Origin: Neocallimastix sp. 'constans'
Taxonomy: Eukaryota
Direction of reading: 5' to 3'
Assembly: GCA_050613775.1 (NCBI GenBank)
Contig: JBODTK010000001.1
Span: 1,364,001 to 1,428,000 of the forward strand
DNA: 64,000 nucleotides
The notes beneath the pieces were generated by a model, which saw nothing but the letters and a program-made list of their open reading frames with translations, was not told where the DNA came from and did no database searches. This document shows positions 25,027 to 38,802 of the stretch, piece after piece. The position numbers were made by a program, and so were the translations under genes. How positions within the stretch are numbered: the stretch's first letter is position 1; every line of letters begins with the position of its first letter.

Positions 25027-25068
25027 GTAGTATTGGAAATAAATTTATGAAATTTAATAAATATGTTA

Positions 25069-28000
25069 TTAAGGAAACCAAGATATTCGATTTTGGATGG
25101 GAAGAACTGACACTTTTCAATTTTACAGAATAGTTTAAACTTTTTAAATTGTTCTAAGACCCACTTGCAGTTGTTTATACATTCTTGCTTAGTATCGCCA
25201 TACACAACGACATCATCTAAGTAGCACAAGACCCCATTGAATAGTTTATCGAAGAGGACATTATTCATGAAGGCCTGAAAAAAAGGGGGAGCATCACTTA
25301 GGCCAAAAGGCATTACGTTCCAAGTATAGATACCCCATTCACAAATAAAGGCAGTTGCTTCTTTGGTCAAGGGATCCGTTATCCTAATTTGATTATAGGC
25401 CGAACGAAGGTCTAAACAGATAATAAATTTGTGTTTACATAATTCGTTTACCTGTTCTCTCAGGTTAGGAATGGAGTTTTGGGCAACATCACAAATTTTA
25501 TTAACAGGGACGTAATTGTACACGTATCGAAAAGAGCCATCATGTTTGGGAACTGGGAACATGTTTACCGCATGAGAAAGAACAGCTGGTTCTATCCAAC
25601 CTTCGTCAAGGTAATTTTTAATCATATTCTTAGTAGCTATGGAGGCATCCTTCGAAGTAATTTTGGGTTTGGCTAGTGGTAAAGTTGATAAATCAGCTTT
25701 TGAAATACTCAGCTTAAAGTCCCATTTTCCTCTAGAAGGTGGAACTCCTCTAGGCACTTCGAAGACATCTTTAAATTCCTTTAATTCCTTTGGTAGGAGC
25801 TTTTCGATTAATTCCTTGTTATTTTTAATGGTTTTTTCATTGGTAAGAGTGACTTCGTTTCGATGAAGATCCCTTTGTAGGTTTAGTAGTTCCGATTCAT
25901 CGTTCTGTGCGATCTCTGTTAGAATATTATGAAAGGAAACGTCATAATGATTGCTGACATTTATAATTTCTTCATTCCTTTCTCTAATTCTTCTTCGGAA
26001 TTCATCATTTTCATTTCGAGCCGTTGAATAAATTGGAATTTCTCTCCAGGTAGTGGTACTTTGATCTCCATTTGCTCGTCGTGGGTGAGAAGTTTCCAAA
26101 GTATTTTCAATATTCTCGCCTAAATCTTCTAATGGATATCCAGTTCTATTGATATCCTGTTTATCTTTCTCTTCGGCTAACAATTGATTTTGCATAGCAT
26201 TTTCAATCGTTTCGTTAATTACTGGATTATTTCCTGGTTCGTCTTGATTCAAACGGTAGTCAGTAGGGAAGAATTCCTCAATACGATCTATTGGAATTTT
26301 GTATTTTCTCTGAGCCATTTTACCGATACTGAACATGTAATCTGGTGAATCTATGATCACAAATGGTAAGTTTTTGACGACTAGGAAGTGAGAATATTGC
26401 GGTACTGCATTAAGAAATTCTTCATCATTAGTTTCTCTTATTTTATCTGCAAGTTTACAATAGAATGAGATAAGTGTTTTTCTTGTCGCTTTAGCTTTTC
26501 CTGCTATTGTGGAGAATTCTTGGTAGGATGCCTTACTCGGTAATTTTAATATATCCATTAATTTTTTACTGATTAAATTTAGGGATCCTCCAGAATCTAT
26601 AAGCATTAATAGCCTAATCATCGGTTGCTTTTCAGAGTTACTCGTAATAATAGGATTAATATATGCTTCTGCATATTTAGTAATTTTCCAGGGAGCCGAT
26701 ACTTGTAATTTATCAATGGTTTTTTGGAGATCCATGCTATTAGTGAAATATTTCGGATCCGGAGTGAACATTTCATTGATGAAATAATGAGAGACTTCGT
26801 TTGTACACTGAACTTCGTACTTGTGGAATTTATTTCCATTTGATTTTAATAAATCTTGAAACTGTTTTTCCATAACGTCAATTTCATCTTCCGACTCCAT
26901 TTCAGTATCGTCTGAATCGTCATTTTCTGTTATGTTAAAGTAGGACGCTTGTCTCCTTTTTTTGTTTTTATTTCTTTTTTTAAAGGCCTTGTATCCTGGT
27001 TTGTTATTTTTATTTTCTTTTTTATCCGTGTTATCTGTGATTATAGCTACTTGAGTATTTTTGGTAGATTTGCTCTTCCTTCTAGTACTACCTTTTCTAG
27101 AAGTTTTATCAAAATTTCTTGGTACTTCCTGATTTTGGCTTCTAACCCCTGATAATTGTAGGTATTCGTTCCTTTGATCTTGCAAAACTCTTTCTTCTAA
27201 GGCCATCTTATTTACAAATCGCATGACTGGTTCAAAATTGTCGTCTGAAAAGGTAGAAAAACAAATGTTCTTCTTTATTGCTTCTTCTTGCCACTTTTTT
27301 GGCATTATTTCATATACTTTTAGTCCTTTAGCATAATCTGATATTTTTAATATTTTAGCGATTTTATTTATCTTCGTTTCGAATACATCGAGATGGTTCT
27401 TTTCCAATTTTAGATTGTTCCATAAAGATTGGGCTTCTTCTATTGTATATGTAGCGAACTTTGTTTGAAAGTGTGCGAGAATTTCATTGAATGGGATTGA
27501 TATTCTGCCGGAACTTACCCCCCTCGCAGGAAGGAACTTATTATAAAAATAGTTTCTTTGAGCGGTAGGAAGGCAAGACAAAAACGCAGTACAAAGGTAT
27601 TCTTCATTTGGCGGATGAGCAAAGTGATGTAAATAATCGTGGAATTGATACACGAAGTCATCAGCATCTTCAACTCTGCCAGAAAAAATAGGTTTCTTAA
27701 TGTTAAAGATCCTTTGAAAGGTAGAAGGGTCCTTAGCCTGTTCCGAAGATGAGTCGGAATAAGTGAGGCTATAAGGAACCTGAAATGAAACCTTTCTGTT
27801 GCTAGCACTAAGCTTTACCGCAGTAGATTTAGCCCATTCCGCAATGTTACTATCTATGACCTTGAATTCACGATATAAAGCCCTACTAGGAAATTGTTTG
27901 GCCGAATCTGCCTCGTTCAACTCAGTGTTGATTTTGGTGATTTGGTCAAGGTCTTCTCTTGTGGGGAAGTTGGAAGGATTGACAATATTAGGGCTTGACG

Positions 28001-29280
28001 TTGATGCCATCGGAATTTCCAGTGGTTTAGGAGGAACAACAATAGGTTCCGGTTCCTTACCTTTGTCCTTTTTGATGGAAGTGGTAAATTTACGGAACGG
28101 AAGGTTCAAGACATCAGCCGTTTTCAGACTAGCCATGGATGATAAATCATCAGAAGATGTATACTTTTTGAATATATAATTTAATAGATTATTTGTATAT
28201 TTTTCAAATTTGTGTTTGATGGAAATGTTTGAAATGAACCCGTTAGAATCAGTTTGATAATCAAAGAGAATGGCAGTTTTAGGATATCTGATAATAGTAT
28301 CTAAATAAATGTTATAATTAAAGATTTCCCTATTATTAATATTAGTGGGAATAACTGTAGTATTCGCTGGGATTATATTTTCGATTCTGGCAAAAATATC
28401 ATTAATGGAATTGGTTATTAAGTTAGACAAAATTTGACCATCCTTGGAAGAAGGGGAAACATCATAGTTTTCTACAAAGTTCTTGTAAAAATTAATTGAC
28501 TCATTGCATAGAGATATGGATCTTAAAATGTTGTCATTTTGCTTATCTTGGCTGTTCTTAAAGGCTTCCATTTGGTCTTGTAGAAGTTTTAATGAAACAG
28601 TAAATTGTGCAGCGAGTTCAGAGATATTTTTCATAATCCCCGCAAAAGCTTGATTTGTTTTAGGATCCAATGTAGTAGTAATTGTCAGTTTTTCTGAGAG
28701 CTTAGCATCTGATATAGCTTTCATGGTAATTTCTTTTATAGAATCTAAGGACTTATCATAATTTACGTTTAACGTTTTAAGAAGTGATTCAAATTTCTTT
28801 TGGTGTTGAGTTATTCCTCGTTCTATGCTTCCACCTAAAGAAAGTAGTGTATTATTTTGTTCTTTAGAACTTTCTTTCGATAATGTAATAATTGTATTTT
28901 TAGTTTCTTCCAGTTTGGAATAATAGTCTAATATTCTGGTATTTACTTCATCTATATTTTTAAGTGTAGCTACATTTTGTAAATCTTTATTTGTAATAGC
29001 CGTTCCTGCCACGGATTGTATCATATCGAATAATTTTTTGTTATCTTGATTTAAAGTAGTGATCTCGTTTTGGAACTGAGATGCTCTTGTATCAAACTCA
29101 TTGAGGAATTCTATTAGCTTATTATTTTCCTTCTGCTTTTGATTTCAATGGCTATTCTAGTATCTCTATTTTGTTCTAGAGCCTCGATAGCAGTCTTTCC
29201 GGCCATAGCAACGTTATTGTTTAATTCCTTCTTTAATTCTAAGATTTTGTCGTTCATTCTTTTGAGTTCTATTTTCGTTT
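25069..29280 (-). mobile_element. LTR-less internal fragment D of a divergent Ty3/gypsy-like element (coiled-coil, capsid, PR, partial RT)
   Basis: ORF 25014-29024 has KKPIFSGRVEDADDF (capsid), LIDSGGS, LDLRSAYNQI, MPFGLSDAP and YLDD, and breaks off at IEYLGFL. Bounded by TGTTA at 25064-25068 and 29281-29285, with copia integrase sequence on both sides. Confidence 0.88.
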
Positions 29281-31211
29281 TGTTAGGAACATCAGATTTA
29301 TTCTTGATTTGATAAGGTAGACCCAAATTTTTTTAGAGAAATCATCAAGAAAAGTAACATAATAATTGAAATCATTATATGATGTTTCCAATTTTCCGAC
29401 TACATCAGAATGAACTAGTTCCATAGGTTTTGAAGCATTATTTAGGGGAAGAGTAAAATGGTTTTTCTCTTTAATTTAGTGATTTTGCATTGGCGACAAT
29501 TTTTATCATTATGATGTTTAGTATGCTCAATGACAAAATCTTTGATATCATTATTATAAAAGTGTCCCAAACGAGCATGCCACAAGTTTGTATCAATGTT
29601 GAGAACATAATTCTTAGAAATAGTTATATTTGAAGGTATTGTATCAAACACGAATAAATTTTTATCAATTCGCAAAAATATTTGCAATTAACTTATTATT
29701 TTTGTATATTTGTAAACGGTCTTTGTTATTTACGCGTTTCATTATAATAGAGCATCCATTTTTTAATATTGAATGAGTGGAAATTAGATTGTTTTGAATA
29801 TTTGACGCGTAATAAACAATTGATAATATAAAATCTTTATTTTTAAATTTACCATTTGTAAGTACCTACATTTTTGACTTTTTCTAAATCACCATTTGGA
29901 TAAATGATATTTTTATTATTTTACTTTATTTATATTGTTTAAATTATTGATGTTATTAGTTAAGTTGATACCCGTTCCACTATCAATAATCCAATGTGTG
30001 GAATTATTATTATTATTTATTGTTGTATAATTACAATTTTGAATTACTGAAATATTTCCTGTAAAATCAATGTATACTTCATCTTCATTTTCATTATTAT
30101 TTTCAAAAAAAAAAAAAAAGCTATTGTTATTATTATTAGATTTATCATTGTTGTTATTAATAATATTTCCAGAGTAATAATTATTTTTGTTATTATATCT
30201 TTTATAATAATTTTTTTTTTGTTATTATTATTTTTATAATTTTTATCATTATCATCTAATTTATTATTTTCTCTAATTAAAAGATTATATTTACAATGAT
30301 CAGTAGAGTGACCTTTTGTTTTGCATATATGACAATAATATTCGTTAGGAATATTATTAGAATTATTATAATTTTTATTATTATTATTTGGTTTATTTCT
30401 ATTTATATTATTGACATTTGAATCGTTTACAACAGTAGTTTTTTGACCTTAAAATTTCGGCTTTTTCAAAAAAAAAAAAAAAAAATCATACTTTTTGTTT
30501 AATTCTTTAATAAGATCATCAAAAGTTTTATAACTATGAATTGGTGGTGAATTTATACCAATTCTATCTAATTCATTTACTGCAAATAAAAGTTTAGTTT
30601 CCTCATCAAAAGGAATTCTTTTTAGTTTATTAAATTCAAATTTATGTTGTTCGAAAAGATTGTTTAATTTATTAATATATTGAATATAATCATTGTTTAT
30701 TAACTTATTTATTAACTTAAGATTAATAATTTTATATTCAAGAATATTTAATAGTGCTTGGCCAGATTGATAGAAACGGTTTTTTAAACTATCAATCATA
30801 CTATACACAGTGTTACATCCTTGTAAATATTCTTGGTTTGATTTTTCTAAACTATTTATTATGATAGATTGAACAGCGTTGTCCGATTTTTATTTGACCT
30901 CTGTTCATATTTGAATATTGGATTTCTTTTTCAATATAAATATCTAAATCATTGGCAATGAGATGTCTCTTTAAAGGCTCATACCAATCTAAGAAATTTT
31001 CTTTATTTAATATGAAATCTTTAATTTCAAAAACAGATTTAGTTAAATTTCCATAATATTTATTTATGATAATCCTTTTATCATTGGCTTCATCATCTTC
31101 ATATGAAGAAATCGATTCATTGTCCTTATTATCAGTTGGATTCGATGAACTCGAACTCTCATCAATATGATTATTATTGTTATTTTTTCTTTTAGCCATT
31201 CTTTGAAACAT
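29281..31211 (-). pseudogene. gag-pol: Copia B gag, protease and integrase N-terminus, frameshifted
   Basis: Zinc knuckle CHICKTKGHSTDHC (~30300-30340), WIIDSGT (~29980), LWHARLGH, CRQC, and ELVHSDVVG...FLDDFS. Confidence 0.88.
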
Positions 31212-31315
31212 TAATATAAAAAATAATTAAATATATTGTAAAGTCATTAAAATCATTAAAATGTCTTAAAAATTAAAATTAATAATAGGTCTCTTGATAT
31301 ATGAGACTCTTAATC

Positions 31316-31558
31316 TGTTAAGGAGTCAAAATAAGATATGATATGTACACAACAAAATGTATTATTATTCAATTAAATTTTTATTTATTATTTTATTAAT
31401 TTATATGTTTTAATAAAGTATTTAAAAGGTTCCAAATATTAATTTCATAAAAAATTTTCTTTTTATATTTTACATACAAATTATTACTTAATCAAATATT
31501 ATAAATATTTATAATACTTTAATGTACAAAAGTCTAAATATTATGTTGAACTTTAACA
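31316..31558 (-). repeat. Copia B 5' LTR with adjacent PBS-like GATTAAGAGTCTC
   Basis: Partner of 15339-15580. The adjacent sequence resembles the GGTTATGAGCCC half-tRNA-iMet-type PBS of copia elements. Confidence 0.9.
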
Positions 31559-31559
31559 G

Positions 31560-32135
31560 ATATTAATATAAAATTTATGAATTAATTATTCTTTATTAAA
31601 TAATATACTCATAATAAATAAAAAAATTAAAAACTCTTAAATATCTACTGTTTAACCTATCCGGTCATTAATTATTATTGTCCTTATTACTATCATTATC
31701 ATCTAAATTGGTTTTCTTCTTATTAATGTTAGTAAAATTATGGACATTTTTTATTTATTTATTTATTTAAATTATTATTATTAATTTTTTTTTATTTAGA
31801 GAATTCAATTATTATTTTATTTTATTTTATTTTATTTTTTTTTTTTTGATTTGTGTTGTAAGAAAAACGATAATATTATTTCCAATAGTATTATTGATAT
31901 TTTTATTCCCAATTGAATTGTTCATTTCTACCTCTGTCTTCTCTGAGTTACGTCAGGGGGGGAATTTTAAAATCCCTTTCTATTCCTTAAATAATAAAAA
32001 AAAAATTATTATTATTATTACTATTATTATTATATATGTCATGAAGATAATCATTATTACTGTCAATATTCATTCTATGATGATCATTATTGTTGATATT
32101 AATATTTAATTTTTTTGTATTATGAAAATGGCTAC

Positions 32136-32169
<34 letters not shown>

Positions 32170-32355
32170 TTTATTTTATTTTATTTTATTTTATTTTATT
32201 TTATTTTTGCTTTAGATAGGTATTGACGAATATATATTTTCATCTCTTTTACGTTTAGTAGCATCAATAATAACAATCATAACTGTTATTCCATGTTATT
32301 GTAGTGGTAGTAGAGAAGGTGACCATTTGATTACAGGTGGTTTGTCTTCTTCTAT

Positions 32356-32395
<40 letters not shown>

Positions 32396-34760
32396 TTTTA
32401 TTTTTTATTTTTATTTTTATTTTTTTGTTTTTTACAAATTAATATAATTGACAAAAAATTAGGTTCTTATTTCAATTTTGCCAATTCTACACAATCTTTT
32501 TTCTTTTTTTTTTTTAAATGGAAATTGGAAATAGCTAGGTTTATCAACAAAAAAAAAAGTTTTAATTTTGTGAAATGCTGCATTTTATTTTTTATTTACA
32601 AGTTCATTCATATTTCATCTTTATTACTAGTTTGATTATTATTATTTTTTTATTATTTTTTTTTTTTTTATAATGATTATTATTTCCTCGATTTAAAATA
32701 ATTATTATGTATATTATGTTGATTATTGTTTCCATGAGAGTGACAATATAAATAATTTATGACATCGTAATTAAAACTCTGTGAAACAGAATGAGAACGT
32801 TAATTCATTGGAAGTATTCCTAAAGATCCTGAAGTTCATGCTATTTCTATTCCATGAATTATTAATGACATTGATAGGGTGCAACATGATAATAATAATA
32901 TAATAATAATAATAATCAAAATAATAATTAAAATAATAATAAAATTAATAATAAATAATAATAATAATAATCATTTCGTTAGTTCATATATGCATAATTA
33001 TTAATTATTAATCATCGTTTCGATTTCTATCATTTTTTTCTTATTACTCTTATTCTAGGAAAATTCCAGTAAATATTTCTTTTAAAAAAATTTTTTTTCT
33101 CGATTTACTGCATACCTCTTCTGAGGATCCAAATTCCTCCATAGCTATAATTGTTGTAAAAAAAAAAAATTTGTATTCTTAACTAAAAAAAGTATTTTCA
33201 TAGTCTTCTATTACTGAGATAGATGCTCCTTCCTTCTGTTTCGAATTGGTCGTTGTAAATCAACATATCTTTGTATTGAACTACCTCATTTGGTTCGATG
33301 ATTAGTCGTTTTATTTGCTTTTTTTTTTTTTTTTGAAACCAATTTACGAATTCTAAATCTCCAAATCTCGGGTATTCCCTATGAGATCCACCAATTCTTG
33401 GAAGAGAGTTTTTTTTTTTGATATCAACATCCGAAACCATTCAATCGACTACTACCACTACTGCTAGTACTTATTGTTACTGCTCAATGTTTTTTATAAT
33501 AACTATTTTGTACTAAATTTATAACTTTTAAATACTAATATATATATATTTTATTTTATTTTATTTTATTTTGTTTTTATTTTTATTTTTTTTTAAATAA
33601 TACTATTACTAGCTTTCTTAAACCATTTTAATTGTTACAACTAACTATTATTAATAAATATTATTAAAATTTATATATATACACAACCATTAAGTATAGT
33701 TATTATATGTAATAATTATTTATATATTTACAATTATTAATTATAATTACTGTAACTAATAGTATTATTTCTTAATATTATTATTATTATTTTTTTTTTA
33801 TTTATTTTAATGAAATTTAAGACTTGTTTGTTTTTATTCTGGTCCAAATTCCCAGTTGTCCTTTTTTAAGTATTATATTTTAAATAAATTTTAATTTTAC
33901 GCATTATGAGTTATTTTATAATATGATATCAATAAAAATATATATAATTTTTTGATGTTTTAAAATGCCATATTAAAACTCAATTCTAATTTTTAAAAAC
34001 AAAAAAAATTCCTAAAATAACATAAACTATACTAGTGCATATCCCCGATATCTCCAACAATTTTGATTTAATGGACTTTTATGTGCTATTATTTTTACTT
34101 TGTAAAATATAATTATATTTTTTATATTGAATTAATATTACTATTTTTCTATCCTTCATAAATAACCATAAAAAAGTAATTAAGAATAGTTATCATTAGG
34201 ATGATTTACATATTAAATAATTAATACGATATTATATATACATAACTTTAAAACAAAATAAGAATAATTAAGTTATATATAATTAGAATATAAATATATA
34301 ATATATTAAGAAGGAAATAATAATTCTATTATTTAATTAAATATATTTAATATTATAGTAAATAATATATATGAGTAATAATCTAATACATAAATAAGAA
34401 ATGATTTCAAGAATTATAATAAAATATAAATTTAATATTTAAGAATTATTATTACATATACAAATATGTTGCTACACATATTTGTTTTATATCAATAATT
34501 AATAATTAATTAAATAACAATAAATTTATAATAATAAATTTATAATGGCAATAAATTTATAATAATAAATTTATAATGGCAATAAATTTATAATAATAAA
34601 TTTATAATGGCAATAAATTTATAATAATAAATATATAAATGCAATAATAATATTTAATAACTAAATTTATAAATGCAATAATAATATTTAATAACTAAAT
34701 TTATAAATGCAATAATAATATTTAATAACTAAATTTATAAATGCAATAATAATATTTAAT
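31560..34760 (-). mobile_element. Heavily decayed gypsy C: gag remnant (from ~33440), leader, PBS (34043-34060) and 5' LTR (from 34064; far end uncertain)
   Basis: MVSDVDIKKKNSLP...IEPN loosely resembles the gypsy A Gag N-terminus. Leader, PBS and LTR are duplicated at 14610-15338; 30- and ~34-bp tandem repeats at 34510-34760. Confidence 0.65.
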
Positions 34761-36662
34761 AACAATAATTTTATTATAATATAAATTATATAAAATGAAT
34801 TAAATTATATTTAATATATTCTAATAATTTAAATATATAGACCATTATTTGATGTTATACGGTATTAAAATATTGAATTTATTTTTTTTTATTTTTTTTT
34901 TTTTCATCATTTTGTATTAAATAGAAATTAAAAAAAAGAAAAAAATTATTTATATAAATTAATAATCATTAAATATTTTTATCTTTACTTCTTCTGATAT
35001 CAATATATTATTAAAATTTTAAATAAATTTTTCCTTTAATTTATTTTTTTATTTTTTTATTTTTTTATTTTTTTGTTTAATTTTTAATATTTCTTTTTAA
35101 GAAATACTAATAAAAAAAAAATTTAATGTATTTATTATGATAAGGGGAAAAAAAAATAAAAATAAAGTTAATTAAAAATTAATATTTATAATTTTGTAAA
35201 ATTTTATTAAAGTATTTTATTAATATCTGGAAAAATATATAGATATCTATATAGCTATACCAATAATTAATAAAGTTTTCCATAATCTAATAAATAATTA
35301 ATTATTTAATTTTCCAATTTATCAAAAATATCCATATGGATTTATATATAAATGAAGAATAGTTTAATAATAATTAAATAGTTTAATAGTTTAATATTTT
35401 ATTAGTTTATTAGTTTAATAGTCTAATAATAATAAAACTGAAGTAATAAATAATGAGGATAATAATAAAAAAAAAAAATTTATTCATTTATCTAATCCAT
35501 CCATTCCTTCATTCATTCATTAACAAATAAATAAATAAATAGATAATATATTTGTAAATAAAATTATAAAAAAATAATTTTATATAGAGAGATGAAGATG
35601 TATTTTTTTTTTTTTTTACTGATTTACGTTGATTTCATAACTGATCATTATCACAAATTATATTAATTTTATTTATATTTATATATATATATAAAAGAAA
35701 AGAAAAAAGAAAAGAAAACGAAAATGAAGAGGAGAAAAAAAAATTAATATAAAATTAAAAGATTTAAAAAAAAAAAAAAAAAAAAATTAAATATTAAATA
35801 TATAAACTTTAACTTTATATATTAATAAACTATTTAATAATTTTCTTATTTATATAAATAATAAATAGTAAATAATTGAATAATAAATGAATAAATAATA
35901 AAAAGAGATAAATAATAAATAATGAATAATGAATAATAAACAATAAATAATAAATAATAAATAATGAATAATAAACAATAAACAATAAATAATAAATAAA
36001 TAAATAATAAACAATAAACAATAAATAATAAATAAATAAATAATAAATAATAAATAATAAATAAATAAATAATAAATAATAAATAATAAATAATAAATAA
36101 TAAATAATAAATAATAAATAATTGAATAATTGAATAATTAATAATTAATAATAAATAATTAATTATTTAATAATAATAAGAGTATTTATTAATAAATAAT
36201 AAATAAATAATAAACAATAAATAATTGAATAATAAATAATAATTTTCTTTTCTCTTATATGTAAAGTGATGATGAACATGACTTGATTTTATTAATTTAA
36301 CACAAATTATATTAAATTTTAAAATTTTTAATTCAATAAAAAAAAAGTTCATCCATGCTTTACAAAACAAAATAAAAAATAAAAATAAAGAATAAAAAAT
36401 AAAAATAAGAATAAAAATAAAAATAAAAATAAAAATAGTGAAGTGATATAAAATATTAAAGTATTAATAAAAAAAATATAAATAAAATAAAATAAATAGT
36501 AAGAATATGAATATAATTAAAGTATACAGATTGAATAAAATAAAACAAAATAAAATAAAAATATAAAATATAAAATATAAATAAAATATTTAAATATTAT
36601 TTATTTTAGTTAAACTTTTGATATTTATTTATTTACTAATTTATTTATTTAAATATTTATTG

Positions 36663-36712
36663 TTTTATGTGTTCACTCCTTTTACATAAGTAAAAGGAGT
36701 GAACACATAAAA
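36663..36712. repeat. Perfect 23-bp inverted repeat with 4-nt loop
   Basis: TTTTATGTGTTCACTCCTTTTAC-ataa-GTAAAAGGAGTGAACACATAAAA. Confidence 0.95.
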
Positions 36713-38760
36713 TATATATTTATATATTATTTTTATTTATTTACTTTAATATATATATTGTTTCATAGGTTAATTCTTATAGTTATTAAATAGTTTTATA
36801 GTTATTACTTTTGTCTATTTATTATTTATATGTATATATATTTATTATTACTTATATCTATCTGTTATATATTTATTATTTGAATAAGAATAATAAATTA
36901 TTATTATAATGAATAATTATATGAAAAGTCCATCTAAAAACGGATTCATCATTTCATGATTCATCAATATTTAAAATAATAAATAAATAAATATAAATAA
37001 ATATAAATAAATAAATGATAATAAATAAATCAATATAAATAAATATAAATAAATATAAATAAATATAAATAAAAATAAATAAATATAAATAAATATAAAT
37101 AAATAAATGATAATAAATAAATCAATATAAATCAATATACCAAAATTTATAAATATCAATACATAATAATTAATAAACAAAACTATATAAATAATATAAA
37201 TAATATAAATAATATAAATCAATAGATACAATAAAATAGATATTTGTTACACATTACAAAATACAAAACATTTGGTGTTAATATATTATTTTATATCAAT
37301 AATATGTTATATAATATATTATGTATATAAATGTTAAACTTTTTTTTTTCTTTCTTATATTAAATAAATAAATCATATATAATAAATAAATTATAAATTT
37401 AATTTAATTTAATTTAATTTAATTTAATTTAATTGAATCACCCAAAAAAATAAAAAATAAAAAATATAAAATTAAAAAATTAAAAAAAAAAAAAAGATCT
37501 AAAGTAAATAAAAGAAAATAAAAAAAAAAAAGATTCTATAGAAAAAAAAGTATAAAAAATAAAAAAAATAAAAAAAAAAAAAAAAAGAAATAAAATTATA
37601 ATAAAATTATAATAAAATTTATAATAAAAATTATAATAAAATTATAATTAGAAAGTTCGAAATAAATAAAAATAAAAATAAAAACAAATAATGTAAAAAA
37701 TAAATCAATAAGAAGTTAAAATGTTTTAAGAGATATTATATATTTATTTAACAATAATAATGAGAAAAAGATATTTCAAATTAGATACAAAAAAAAAAAA
37801 AAAAAAAAAAAAAAAACAAGAGCACAAGAAAAGGAAATAATGACTTTAATTATTTCTTTTTTATATTTATATTTATTTTTATTTTTTTATAATGAATAAT
37901 TATTTAAAATATAGGTTATAATAAATGATAAAAGTTTAGTATGTTGAAATTTATGGATTAAATTATAATATATATTGATGGTATCAATATTTAAAATGAT
38001 TCTATTTTATTTTATTTTATATTTATATTATTATTATGAAAATAAAATATAATTAAATAGAATCATTATTATTATTATTATTATTTTATTTTATTTTATA
38101 TGACTATGAATGACTATAATTTTATGGAATTTTTTAATAATTATTTAAATTAATAAATATAAGTACAGATTGAATAAAATAAAATAAAATAAAAAATAAA
38201 TTAAATTAAATTAAGATATAGAATTATATAAAAAAAAGTTTAAACTTTAATTTATTATTCAATATATCCATATATTTATTGATATATCATTAGGCATAAT
38301 AATATCATTTATTATTTTTATTATTTTTCCTTTTCTTTTTCTTTTTTCCCTACTTCATTAAATAAAAAATAAAAAGTATTTTTTAAGGGTTTACCATTCA
38401 ATAATTATTTATTCCCGATTATAAATATAACCGTATTTTCCCATTTACTTTTACCTTTTTTTCTTTTTTTCTTTTTTTTTTTTTTTTAGTTTCTTGGAGT
38501 AATTAGAGGGGTTTATATTTATATATACTTTTTTTTTTTTTAAATATTTAAGTGGATTATATAAATTATATATATTTTAATATTATTTCTTTAATTTTTT
38601 ATTCAATAATAATATTAAAATATATTATTTATTAATAAAAAAATATATATAATAATTTATATCGAATTTATTATAAATATTATTATAAGTATTATTATAA
38701 ATATTAAATATATATATATATATATTTTAGTAATTTTATTTTTTTAAGTGATACCTTTTA

Positions 38761-38799
<39 letters not shown>

Positions 38800-38802
38800 A
38801 AA

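Larger units (their letters stand above)
15339..31558 (-). mobile_element. Ty1/copia B, degenerate, with two nested insertions in its integrase gene
   Basis: LTRs at 15339-15580 and 31316-31558 (TGTTAAGG...TTTAACA), PPT (plus-strand TTCCCCCT at 15581), and gag-PR-IN-RT-RH order. The flanks (TAATT vs GATAT) do not form a TSD. Confidence 0.9.
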
